Positions 36,967-46,488 of a stretch of DNA of 64,000 bases are shown here, piece by piece. The notes beneath the pieces are model-generated. The model was given only the letters and a program-made list of their open reading frames with translations. It did no database searches and was not told the DNA's origin. The stretch lies in IMG/VR virus record IMGVR_UViG_3300028048_000063, positions 86,080-150,079 of that record; one strand, written 5' to 3'. Source of the stretch: a virus. Lineage: Duplodnaviria > Caudoviricetes. Each line of letters opens with the position of its first letter. Position 1 is the first letter of the stretch. The translations under genes were made by a program, and so were the position numbers.

Positions 36967-37968
36967 ATGAGATTATTAGTGTTAAAGTGGTATGATACCA
37001 CAAAAGATGAAGAAGAAAAAGTAACTGCATTAAAAAATGCAGGCTTTAAAATCCTAGGTAAAGAAAATACCTTTGCCGAAGGCAGAAATTACAAAGTCGA
37101 ATTACCAAATGCGACTTTAGAAAACGAAAAAAAGACTTTTTATGAAGTTTTAAACGAGTTACAAACTCAAAAAGAAAAACAAGCAGCCCTTGCAAGAGCC
37201 GAAGCAGAAAAAAAAGCTGCTATCGAAAGAGCAAGAGTTGAAGCAGAAAAAGCAAAACAAATTGATTGGCTCCACAAAATAATTAAACCAGAAGAAACAT
37301 ACGAAATAAAATACACCTATATTGGTTGCCCAGATGGGTATAATGACGAATATAGAATGGATATCGGAAACATTCTTTCCGTATCCATTGGAGATCATTA
37401 TGATTGGGGAGCCATGGAAGGTGAGTTCCAAAACTTTACTTGTAAGGGTAAAGAGTTGCTCACCCAATTAAGACTCCATCATCAAGACAGATGGGACAAT
37501 GACAAAGAAGTCCAAGATTATATCATCGAATATATGATAAATGTATATATCCTTATCGGACTTCCAGGAAGTGGTAAAACTACAATAGCAAAAAAATACC
37601 ACTATAATGTGGTATCATCCGATGCAATAAGAAAAGAGCTATATGGCTCCGAAGAAGCCCAAGGTGATGGGCGTGTTGTATTCAAAACATTTTATGATAA
37701 AATGGAAAGAATACTATATAATGGCAGCAGTGTTGTTTGCGATGCTACAAACATTAGCATCAAAGCTAGAGCACAGGCAATTAACTGTGCAAAAAAATAC
37801 GGCACAAGAATTGTCGGTATATGGATCAAAAAAGATGCAGACACATGTATCGAGCAACAAAAAAACAGGGATAGACAAGTCCCTGTAGATGTCATAAAAA
37901 ATATGGAATCTCGCTTCGAAGTACCAACATTAGAAGAAGGATTCGATGATATAATTATCATAAGTTAA
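36967..37968 (+). CDS. Unknown N-terminal domain fused to an AAA_33/polynucleotide-kinase-like P-loop domain
   Basis: IGLPGSGKTT, SSDAIR, CDATN, R-R-VP motifs. Confidence 0.8.
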   Translation: MRLLVLKWYDTTKDEEEKVTALKNAGFKILGKENTFAEGRNYKVELPNATLENEKKTFYEVLNELQTQKEKQAALARAEAEKKAAIERARVEAEKAKQIDWLHKIIKPEETYEIKYTYIGCPDGYNDEYRMDIGNILSVSIGDHYDWGAMEGEFQNFTCKGKELLTQLRLHHQDRWDNDKEVQDYIIEYMINVYILIGLPGSGKTTIAKKYHYNVVSSDAIRKELYGSEEAQGDGRVVFKTFYDKMERILYNGSSVVCDATNISIKARAQAINCAKKYGTRIVGIWIKKDADTCIEQQKNRDRQVPVDVIKNMESRFEVPTLEEGFDDIIIIS

Positions 37969-38116
37969 CTCATGATCAAGCTGACCTATCGGCTATACGG
38001 GGAAACAAACTCAGGGAACAGGTGAGGCCCCTGCAGAGTCGCTGTGAATTGCGACGATGAGTTAAAATCCAGAAGCCAAAAATATAAACAAACCATATTA
38101 AAAAGGAGAAATAATT

Positions 38117-38611
38117 ATGGAATTAAAATATGTTATAGTCACCGACTATCACAATGGTAACAAAAAATCTAGACTATATTTCGTTTCGAAAGAAAACAAT
38201 ATAGAAATCTGGACAGCAAACATTAACGAAGCTAAAACCTTTACTGATGAAAATGTGGCAAAAAACGAATGTATTTTAAATAATATATTCTATGCCCCAC
38301 AAGGTCATTTTAAAGGTCATGTGGTCCCAGTCGCTTTTACAAAAGCATCTATTGACAAAACATTTAACAACATAATTGCCGATATGACATCTACTACAAC
38401 AGGTGACCCTGAAATTATAGCAGATGCAATAATACGTAGTAAACATGCTTACAGTAAATTACGTGAACGTGAACAAATTGTACTTACTTTAGTCATGTAC
38501 GGTTTTTCATATGAAACTATTGGCAAAATGTATAACAGAACTGGCCAAAGAATCGCTGGGATACATAAAATAGCAGAACTTCGTTTTGAAATATTCTGCA
38601 AAGAAAATTAG
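38117..38611 (+). CDS. Protein with C-terminal sigma region-4-like HTH
   Basis: LREREQIVL...GFSYETIGKMYNRTGQRI. Confidence 0.65.
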   Translation: MELKYVIVTDYHNGNKKSRLYFVSKENNIEIWTANINEAKTFTDENVAKNECILNNIFYAPQGHFKGHVVPVAFTKASIDKTFNNIIADMTSTTTGDPEIIADAIIRSKHAYSKLREREQIVLTLVMYGFSYETIGKMYNRTGQRIAGIHKIAELRFEIFCKEN

Positions 38612-38635
38612 TGGTAAAAATACTCAAACATTTCT

Positions 38636-38823
38636 CCCACAGGCCTCTAGCGTAAGCTATGCACACTTGTGGGCGTTTTGTTTTAGCCTCTTACTCCGAC
38701 AGGCCCTTGCGGCACACTTGTCGGCGGAACGGTAATACTTTACGGGTGGGTCCAAGGAAGCCCGTAAAGATCGAGGGCGGTCAGACCAGACCGTAAGGCC
38801 TAGCAGTGGGTCCCAAGTCCCAT
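38636..38823 (+). other. Cluster of repeated structured motifs (candidate small RNAs or leader)
   Basis: Two ACAGGC...GCACACTTGT units with covarying outer stems, plus further hairpins. Confidence 0.5.
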
Positions 38824-38870
38824 GCAAAAGTCAAATAAAAAACAAAAAATTCTAACAAAGGAGAAACATT

Positions 38871-39425
38871 ATGGTTACTTTAATCATTTTCTTTATATGT
38901 TTCTTGCTTGCAAGTAAACATATAGCAACAACACCTGACTATGATAATCCAGAACAAATCAGGTTCGCCAAATACTCTTATGAATTTTTCTGTGTAAAAA
39001 AATTAAAAAAATTACACGAAAAAAATCACAAAAAATGGGCCGCAGAAATTGAAAAATTAATAAAACTAGAAAACGGAGAATACAACGAACATTACAATTT
39101 TTGGATGAAAGCATCTGACCCAAAAAATCTTCGTTATGAAGCATTATACGAATTAAAATGCGAAAACAATGAAGTTGTTAAATACCTCGTCTGTCTTTGG
39201 AAAACACCAAGAAAACACACTAGACATAAAGATTTAATACAAAATACTCAAAATAATGAGTATACTATTAAACCTTATGAATATAAACAACATAGCGTCC
39301 ATGGAGACCACGGGTCCAAAGGACAGCGAAAATGGAAAATTTTCACAAAGTCTGTAAATAAAGCGCGTAAAGAGAAACACTCATATGCGCATTTATATCC
39401 AGATCCAGAATATGCAAGTATATAA
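38871..39425 (+). CDS. Hypothetical protein, N-terminal hydrophobic segment
   Basis: 184 aa, AAGGAG SD. Confidence 0.65.
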   Translation: MVTLIIFFICFLLASKHIATTPDYDNPEQIRFAKYSYEFFCVKKLKKLHEKNHKKWAAEIEKLIKLENGEYNEHYNFWMKASDPKNLRYEALYELKCENNEVVKYLVCLWKTPRKHTRHKDLIQNTQNNEYTIKPYEYKQHSVHGDHGSKGQRKWKIFTKSVNKARKEKHSYAHLYPDPEYASI

Positions 39426-39472
39426 TCTAACCCCCAAGGCTTGGGCCTGCCTATATACAAAGGCCCACTTAT

Positions 39473-39530
39473 GTGTATTCTAATTTCTTTTGAAATGGTA
39501 GTATGGGTTCAAATCCCGAAATACACACCA
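39473..39530 (+). ncRNA. tRNA-like element lacking a D arm (pseudo-tRNA/minihelix)
   Basis: 7-bp acceptor GTGTATT/AATACAC, T arm GGG-TTCAAAT-CCC, discriminator A plus encoded CCA; 58 nt. Confidence 0.55.
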
Positions 39531-39599
39531 ACAAATTTGGTGCCGACCATAAAGACGGAAAATCTACCCCATTCATAATAAGGTAGAGGAGATACGATT

Positions 39600-40616
39600 A
39601 TGAAGCAAGATAACAACAAAATTAGCTTAAAAAGCTACTCAGCACAACTTGATGCAATGAGACAAGCCAATGCAAAACAAAGAGAAATTGAGGCAAGAAT
39701 GGCAGCAGCACGTAAAGTGAAAGCCGACAAAAAAGCGGCAGCAGACTTTGGTGCAATGGTAGAAGCTCTTGGCGTAATCACGATTAACAGTGAAAACAAG
39801 ATTATAGCGGCTAGACAAGCATACACAAATATGTCAGAAGAAGCCAAACAACTACAAACAGTCGCTGGAAACAAAGAACTCAAAATCGATGGCAGCTTGT
39901 CTAAATTAGTAAAAGCAGAAAATGCTCTTAAGCAAGTCAAAGATGATATCAGACTTGCCCACGAAAGAGCAGTTTCAGCAGCAGATAGAAAAATCTACCT
40001 CGAAGCCTCAAAAATCAAAGGTATAAGAACTCAAGCAGAGAACTTAAAAACAGAGGCTTTAAACGGTCCATACGCTGAATGTGCTAAAGTCATCTTTACG
40101 ATGTTACCTCATGTTGGTGCTTTAAACACAAAAGACGATACAATTATCGCAGCTGCAAAAAAAGCTCGTAACAAGGTATATAATGATATCGATACAGTTG
40201 CAATATACTTCCACAATGAATGTAAAGAGCTTAAGCAAACTTTAAAGCGCCAAATTCAATGGATAGTAGACAAGTATGTAGCAAAACGTGGTACAGCAAC
40301 AATGGAAGATATTGACAAAGAAATCAGTACAAAATATTCAAAGTATAATCTTGTCTATGTTATTCCTGCAGGTGCAGTATTTAACATTGTTAAAACTGCA
40401 ATAGGCATAAAAGTAACAATTTATACTTTAAATAAATGGTTCGGTTTAGACAAAGATGATTCTTGGGAAGTCTGTATCCCAGAGTCTGTACCAGAAATTT
40501 GTTTTGATAGTATTGACACGGAAGAAGACTTTAACGAATCCGACTTTGATATGGATAAAATATTTGGTTTGTTAGATGACTCAGACAGCAACAGCGATAG
40601 TGGTGAAGACAAGTAA
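39600..40616 (+). CDS. Hypothetical helical protein with acidic tail
   Basis: 338 aa, GAGGAG SD. Confidence 0.75.
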   Translation: MKQDNNKISLKSYSAQLDAMRQANAKQREIEARMAAARKVKADKKAAADFGAMVEALGVITINSENKIIAARQAYTNMSEEAKQLQTVAGNKELKIDGSLSKLVKAENALKQVKDDIRLAHERAVSAADRKIYLEASKIKGIRTQAENLKTEALNGPYAECAKVIFTMLPHVGALNTKDDTIIAAAKKARNKVYNDIDTVAIYFHNECKELKQTLKRQIQWIVDKYVAKRGTATMEDIDKEISTKYSKYNLVYVIPAGAVFNIVKTAIGIKVTIYTLNKWFGLDKDDSWEVCIPESVPEICFDSIDTEEDFNESDFDMDKIFGLLDDSDSNSDSGEDK

Positions 40617-40754
40617 CCGCTAGTTAGTATATCCGTATAAGCGTCATTTCAGGTTGAGCTAGACTCCCTGGGGTGACGCTTGGGTATATTAATAAGAGTA
40701 TATACATAGAGATATACTGCTATTAATATAACCATAATAAAGGAGAAAAATAAT

Positions 40755-41168
40755 ATGGAAATTAAAAACTTAACAACAAACATGATCAAAAAAACAATTC
40801 AAGAATTTTGTGACACAAAACAAGATATTGATTTGTCAGCAACAGAAATCTTAGGACAAGATATAGTCTACAGAGATACTCCAGAGTTAGATGAAGTTAG
40901 AATCGTAAATTACTTCAAGCACGAATTTATTGAGCTCACATTAACAGCTAACTATGGACATAACGGCGTTGCAAACTTTTCTGGTAGTATCCTTGTTTCT
41001 ACTAGATATTTGACACACCAGGATTGGAATGGAGAATGTCTTCCTATAATCAATATAGACCAGCAGCTCTTAACTAGAGCAAACGCAACAAACGATTTCA
41101 AGGATATTCTCAAGGCTATAGTTATTGACAAAAAGATTACAAATATGTCACACATTATATTAAAATAG
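40755..41168 (+). CDS. Hypothetical protein
   Basis: SD-led ORF. Confidence 0.7.
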   Translation: MEIKNLTTNMIKKTIQEFCDTKQDIDLSATEILGQDIVYRDTPELDEVRIVNYFKHEFIELTLTANYGHNGVANFSGSILVSTRYLTHQDWNGECLPIINIDQQLLTRANATNDFKDILKAIVIDKKITNMSHIILK

Positions 41169-41179
41169 GAGAAAAGAAC

Positions 41180-41515
41180 ATGAAAGCAGAAAACATTATC
41201 AGTGTCAACAACGCAAGACAATTCAACCAACTCTACGAAAAAGAGTTAGTAATTGCTAGAACAGAAGAAGGTACCCCTAGAGATAATTTAGCATGGAGTA
41301 TTTTACTCTTTGGTAATGATTATATTATATATAAACAAGAACCAAAGAACGATAGCAGTTTTTATCCAATTATTCTAACAAAAGTTAGAGCAATGGATAG
41401 TATAGCAAAAGCATTAGATTTTACAAAAAAGATCGGATGCAGTAAATTCTGTATTAAAGACCATGATGTTTATGTCGATGATCTAAGCTATAACGAAGTC
41501 TTGAACAGAATTTAA
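41180..41515 (+). CDS. Hypothetical protein
   Basis: SD-led ORF. Confidence 0.7.
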   Translation: MKAENIISVNNARQFNQLYEKELVIARTEEGTPRDNLAWSILLFGNDYIIYKQEPKNDSSFYPIILTKVRAMDSIAKALDFTKKIGCSKFCIKDHDVYVDDLSYNEVLNRI

Positions 41516-41613
41516 AATCACAATATATGATAGTCTACATCCCTATGCATGCGTAAGTATTGAGTTTACGGCATAAGGGGTGTGGGCTTAAAAATATTCT
41601 GGAGGAAAAGAAA

Positions 41614-42264
41614 ATGAACACATTATTAGCAGAAGAAGTTTTACAAAATTTAAAACCAATATTTCTACAAAATGCTTCTTGGCCCCAACAACAAAAAATC
41701 GAGAGCGTATCGAAAAAATTTTTAGAAATATTAGAAGATTTGAGTATTCAAAATTTTGAATATTCTAAGAAATATGAATATGCCCCAGGTGCAAAAAAGC
41801 ACCACCATAACTATAAGCACGGATTGTTAGTGCATAGTGCAACCTTAGCTATGGAGCTAGCCAAGAGAAGTGCAAACATCGACTTAACGGCCTATGATTG
41901 TGCAGTGATAGCATTCGCACATGATCTTTGCAAAGTAGATACATATTACTACCAAGATGGAGAGATCTGTGTAGATGCGAAGAAATACAAGCATCACGCA
42001 AGAAGTAGTGTAAGAATTGCTAAAAAGCTAGGTCTAAACTTAACTTCTAAGCAAAAGGTGTGTATATTATGGCACATGGGTAAATGGGGCCACTTTGAAG
42101 ATCATGTTTTCACATATCTCAAGAAACATAAATATATCGAAGAAGTCATCGCTACACAAGAGGCAGATATGGCTGCTTGTACAGAGTACGAGGACATCAA
42201 CGCAATTATAAAAAAACATATTAAAGCAGAAGCTTTAATTGACAAGTTTTTGGAGGATAGATAA
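41614..42264 (+). CDS. HD-domain phosphohydrolase
   Basis: HHH-Y-HGLLVHS, AHDLCK, WHMG, ADM; start moved to ATG 41614 behind GGAGG. Confidence 0.85.
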   Translation: MNTLLAEEVLQNLKPIFLQNASWPQQQKIESVSKKFLEILEDLSIQNFEYSKKYEYAPGAKKHHHNYKHGLLVHSATLAMELAKRSANIDLTAYDCAVIAFAHDLCKVDTYYYQDGEICVDAKKYKHHARSSVRIAKKLGLNLTSKQKVCILWHMGKWGHFEDHVFTYLKKHKYIEEVIATQEADMAACTEYEDINAIIKKHIKAEALIDKFLEDR

Positions 42265-42513
42265 ATGGCAAAAGAAAAAAGAAGATATATGATCTTTAAA
42301 GTAGATCGCCAGATTTATAATGGTACAAGAGTTGTAGTAACAAAATACAACAAACAAGACGATGAAATATATTTTACTTCAGCTCAAAGCGCAGGAAGAG
42401 CACTTTCGAATGTAAAATTCAGAGAAAGAGAAAAAGGTAATATCTTAAAGGACGGTGAATGTTATGGTCCTGGATATGAGAGGAAAACGATATGGGAAGC
42501 AGAAGAGGTCTAA
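42265..42513 (+). CDS. Hypothetical protein
   Basis: SD-led ORF. Confidence 0.65.
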   Translation: MAKEKRRYMIFKVDRQIYNGTRVVVTKYNKQDDEIYFTSAQSAGRALSNVKFREREKGNILKDGECYGPGYERKTIWEAEEV

Positions 42514-42641
42514 CCTTAATAGTAAAATACCATCTCTGGCTAAATAACAGAGCGAACAAGATATTCGCAAAGAAATATCCAGAGATAGATAAAATAATAA
42601 ACAATATAAATAAAAAATAAATTTTATTAGGAGATAAAATT

Positions 42642-43103
42642 ATGTCAAAAACAAAGAAATTAAATTTACCAAATCTCCCAAAAATGGGAAGTACAATTTA
42701 TCTAATTGCAACTAGAGAATATGATCACGATACTCACAATACAGAAATCTGGATCGAAAAGCACAAAGTTATGGGTCAAGGACAATACACTCATGGCGGC
42801 TATTTCTGGATAAACGAAAACGAAGAAGTTATTCAATCTTATGATTGTGATACATTCTATCACACACTAACAGAAGCAAAAGAAGCTGCATTAGCTTTAT
42901 ATAGAGAATGTAAAGAAGATAAAGAGGCATATCACATCAATCTCTGTAAGGAATATAATAGACCGTATTCTTTAAATGGAGAACCATATTATTGGGGCGG
43001 AATCCTCTCTGAAACAGAGATTTGTTTTAAACCACAAGACGAAGGTACTTGGTGGATCTGTCCGACTGTAGCAGCAAAAAGAAACCATAATATTTTAGGA
43101 TAA
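42642..43103 (+). CDS. Hypothetical protein
   Basis: SD-led ORF. Confidence 0.7.
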   Translation: MSKTKKLNLPNLPKMGSTIYLIATREYDHDTHNTEIWIEKHKVMGQGQYTHGGYFWINENEEVIQSYDCDTFYHTLTEAKEAALALYRECKEDKEAYHINLCKEYNRPYSLNGEPYYWGGILSETEICFKPQDEGTWWICPTVAAKRNHNILG

Positions 43104-43113
43104 AATGAAATAA

Positions 43114-43893
43114 ATGGAGAATAAAATTATGAAAGAAAACAGAAATTTTAACAGTAACAACCCGATGAGCAAAACCAAAACTTTTGTAAAAAAGGAGCAA
43201 AATTTTATGAGAACAGAAAAAGATCTCAACAGTAGCAATAACAATAGCAAAAACAACAAAACTTTTATAAAAAAGGAGAACAGAAAAATGCAAAAAAGCA
43301 TGAGTCCATGTGACGTTAAAAATGTAGCAACAGAACTTGGAATCTGTACAGATGATATTATGAATATCTCTGTTATGACAGAAGAACAATTCCAAGCAGC
43401 AGCAAACGCAGCAGCAGCCAACACTACAGCTGGAAATGTCAATACAGAAAAATATAAGAAGAATCTTTCTTATGATAAAGCATTGACAGCAAACTGGGAA
43501 GCTAAGCAAGCAGCTAAAGATGCAGCGGCAGACGCAGTCCCTAAGGAATTTAAATCTAGCCGTTATATAAAGTTAGATGCTGGTAATGGCGTGGTAAAGG
43601 TACCTGGGCTTGTTATTAAAAATAATGGCTATAACAGATTTACTGTACAACTTAATATTTCTTATGAAGTTGATGGCAAAAAGACCAATAAACTCACCGT
43701 AGGAAATAAAACACTCTGTCATAATCAACTCATATCTTGCTACCTTGGTGGTAATATTATTGAGAGCGGTAAAAAGGGTGGAAAGAGTAAAGATAAAAAG
43801 AAGTCAGGACGCAATATTATAGCCGACGACTCTGTAGTAGTTGTTATTGACAAGTCTAATGTAGAGTTGGGACGTATCGTAGAGCGAATCTAG
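43114..43893 (+). CDS. Hypothetical protein with several in-frame SD+ATG starts
   Basis: GGAG-led ATGs at 43129, 43207 and 43288. Confidence 0.7.
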   Translation: MENKIMKENRNFNSNNPMSKTKTFVKKEQNFMRTEKDLNSSNNNSKNNKTFIKKENRKMQKSMSPCDVKNVATELGICTDDIMNISVMTEEQFQAAANAAAANTTAGNVNTEKYKKNLSYDKALTANWEAKQAAKDAAADAVPKEFKSSRYIKLDAGNGVVKVPGLVIKNNGYNRFTVQLNISYEVDGKKTNKLTVGNKTLCHNQLISCYLGGNIIESGKKGGKSKDKKKSGRNIIADDSVVVVIDKSNVELGRIVERI

Positions 43894-43956
43894 CACAGAA
43901 AATACCTCGCTCGGTATATATCGGGCGGGGTATACACAGATATAGGAGGATATAAT

Positions 43957-44229
43957 ATGGAAAATAAAGAAAAAATAGAAGCAACATTTAACCGTATAAG
44001 CGCTGCTATTGATTTATTAGTCGATACTTGTATTTGTCTACAGGATATTAGTAGTACATTTGGAGCTTGTATTGATAGTGTAACAATTGCTTGTGAGCTT
44101 ACCACTTTAGATACGATATCAGAGATCAAAACAATTATTACCAAAACTAGACAGCAATACCAAAAATTAGTAGCAAGAAAAGAAGAACTTTTTACACAAA
44201 TAAGATCTATATCACAAAATACAAAATAA
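43957..44229 (+). CDS. Hypothetical coiled-coil protein
   Basis: SD-led ORF. Confidence 0.65.
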   Translation: MENKEKIEATFNRISAAIDLLVDTCICLQDISSTFGACIDSVTIACELTTLDTISEIKTIITKTRQQYQKLVARKEELFTQIRSISQNTK

Positions 44230-44242
44230 GGAGGATAAAAAC

Positions 44243-44734
44243 ATGAAAATATATGAATTAATTATTGTTAAAGGCGGATTTATCTACGACGGAGACTCTA
44301 ACGAGCAAGAACGTACAGATGATGTAGAAGTAAAACTTTATAAAACAGAACAAGAGCGCAATCAAGCATATAATAATCTTATAGATCCATATATAAAGTT
44401 ACGTGAATTCCGTAAAAAAACTAGAGATGAGTTATTTATTTATCCAGATTATAACGCTGATCGTGATTGTGACTTATCACATGAATTGGATAAAAAGTGT
44501 ACAGAATTTGCATCTAAAGTAGGATGCGACACAAACTGTCTTGATGCAAGAATATGTAGAGACGATATTGTCAGTTATACACATATTTATATAGAACATG
44601 CAGATCCATGCGATACCTGTAAAGAGCAATATTACGACCATGATCGAGATATTTGTTGTAAATGTAAATTATATAGAGATGATATAAGTTCTAATCAATT
44701 TTATTACGTCTTTAAAAAAGAAACAGAAATATAG
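44243..44734 (+). CDS. Hypothetical protein with Cys cluster
   Basis: PCDTC...CCKC. Confidence 0.7.
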   Translation: MKIYELIIVKGGFIYDGDSNEQERTDDVEVKLYKTEQERNQAYNNLIDPYIKLREFRKKTRDELFIYPDYNADRDCDLSHELDKKCTEFASKVGCDTNCLDARICRDDIVSYTHIYIEHADPCDTCKEQYYDHDRDICCKCKLYRDDISSNQFYYVFKKETEI

Positions 44735-44746
44735 GAGAACAAAATT

Positions 44747-45304
44747 ATGCCAAAAATAGAATATAAAACATTATATAAGGGTTTAACAGCAAAAACGTTA
44801 GCCCTTAGTGGTGCAGATTGCTTTTTAAGAGCAATTTACAAAATACAACACCCATATACGGAAATGTCATTGGATGTTTATGGTTGTAAGTGGGATGATA
44901 TCTCTTTCCCAAAAGACTATATACAATCTATAGCTAAAATTTGGAAAAATATGGGGCGTAGAAAGTCTTTGTATAATCCCGATACAGTGGTGCGATTCAA
45001 ATTTGCGCCGCATGACGGTTACCTTTATGAGATGTGTGAGTTAGAAAGAAATAAGATCCATTTTAACTGGCATCATATCACTAGTTATATCGATACAGAA
45101 GCACAGAAAAATGGATGGACAAAAGTCTCTAGAGATTTTAAATTACCAATTAGCTGGTTAAATAAAAAAATTACAGTCATCTATCTTGGGAATGGCGCGG
45201 AAGGACCACACACACATTATTGGATACAACGAAGCTTAGTTGACTTATTCCGTATAATAGAACACGATGGATTTACAGATGCATATTATAAAATTTTAGA
45301 CTAA
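44747..45304 (+). CDS. Hypothetical protein
   Basis: SD-led ORF. Confidence 0.7.
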   Translation: MPKIEYKTLYKGLTAKTLALSGADCFLRAIYKIQHPYTEMSLDVYGCKWDDISFPKDYIQSIAKIWKNMGRRKSLYNPDTVVRFKFAPHDGYLYEMCELERNKIHFNWHHITSYIDTEAQKNGWTKVSRDFKLPISWLNKKITVIYLGNGAEGPHTHYWIQRSLVDLFRIIEHDGFTDAYYKILD

Positions 45305-45319
45305 TGGGAGGACAAAAAT

Positions 45320-45739
45320 ATGATAAAAGAAGTAGTATTAGCAAACGGTGAGTATTATTTCACAACACAAAAAGCAGCAGAAAGATATCAAGAACTATCC
45401 GGCAAGGCATTAAAGACTCTTGAATTAGAAGATATTGTAGGCTATGATTATGAATTAAAAGAATGTATTCGTGAAAAGAAAACCCGTTATATAGTTCCAG
45501 ATGATCGCGAGGATCCTTGCTGGGTACAGGTTATCAAAGAAGGTTTAGACGAGGAGTACTTTATTGAAGAATACGATGATGAATATCAGTCATATGACAT
45601 CGGAATGGAGTATATTGGACATGATATCGAAACATTCGAAGTCATACCCGTAGTCAACGTCAAAACACTTATGTCTTTACACACACCTGAAGAGGTGATA
45701 AGATATTTAAACAAACTTAATATAAAATATAAACAATAA
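45320..45739 (+). CDS. Hypothetical acidic protein
   Basis: SD-led ORF; REDPCWVQVI motif. Confidence 0.7.
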   Translation: MIKEVVLANGEYYFTTQKAAERYQELSGKALKTLELEDIVGYDYELKECIREKKTRYIVPDDREDPCWVQVIKEGLDEEYFIEEYDDEYQSYDIGMEYIGHDIETFEVIPVVNVKTLMSLHTPEEVIRYLNKLNIKYKQ

Positions 45740-45752
45740 GGAGGACTAAAGT

Positions 45753-46079
45753 ATGAAAAAGTTATATCCAGCAACATGTTACGGTAGTTCTATGAATCTC
45801 TATCTAAAGAAAGGTAGATATGAAAACAAAGATAGATTGTTCATTCAATCCTATGATTCAGATGGATTTCCTTGGGCTACACTAAGCATCAATATACCAG
45901 AATTTAATATTAAGAACGAAAATTGTGCTCTTATAGACATAATGAATTGTTTTTGGGCACCAACGTTCTTAGAACAGAACAATATAGCAAAACCAACAGG
46001 TAGATCAACTTGGTCGGGTTATCCAGAATACGAATTTAATACCGACATCTTAAAAGAAATCAATGAATTTAGAAAATAA
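45753..46079 (+). CDS. DUF4313-like protein
   Basis: PWATLSINI...AKPTGR...SGYPEYEF pattern. Confidence 0.6.
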   Translation: MKKLYPATCYGSSMNLYLKKGRYENKDRLFIQSYDSDGFPWATLSINIPEFNIKNENCALIDIMNCFWAPTFLEQNNIAKPTGRSTWSGYPEYEFNTDILKEINEFRK

Positions 46080-46092
46080 GGAGGACAAAACT

Positions 46093-46470
46093 ATGGCAGA
46101 AGAAAAGAAAGACAAAGCTTATTATCAATCAATGGTCGAAATGTTATTTTGGAACTTTTTTGAAGCACCAGAACGTGAGGCTGTATTAGAAGCAGCAGAT
46201 TACTCTAACGACAAATGGACAATTTTAGTTAAGTGGTTCCGTGAATCAGTAGAACATATGGGGTTATCATTCAGTAATGTATATCACGCATACGGCATTG
46301 GCAACAATAATGAGTATACAATTATGCTTAAAGAAACAGATGCCGATGGATTCGAAATCGAAAAGAAAGTTTGTACATTCTTTTATTGTAAAGGAATATA
46401 CGGTGGAGTATATACTCAATTAAAAGATAATAACGGATCAGTAATAGCTCGTGCAGGACATGCACGTTAA
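46093..46470 (+). CDS. Hypothetical protein
   Basis: Start moved to ATG 46093 behind AGGAGG. Confidence 0.7.
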   Translation: MAEEKKDKAYYQSMVEMLFWNFFEAPEREAVLEAADYSNDKWTILVKWFRESVEHMGLSFSNVYHAYGIGNNNEYTIMLKETDADGFEIEKKVCTFFYCKGIYGGVYTQLKDNNGSVIARAGHAR

Positions 46471-46488
46471 ATATAGGAGGATACAAAA

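Noticed and set aside
34841-37030. Short ORFs on both strands inside the GC-rich region (e.g. 34896..35231, 35628..35996, 35865..36146)
   Set aside because: No SD, Arg/Ser/Pro-rich composition unlike this phage's proteins; better explained as by-products of structured RNA
38008-38063. Hammerhead ribozyme (CTGCAGA-stem-GATG topology)
   Set aside because: Several invariant core bases differ from CUGANGA/GAAA/UH, and an alternative CAGGG/CCCTG stem would sequester the core
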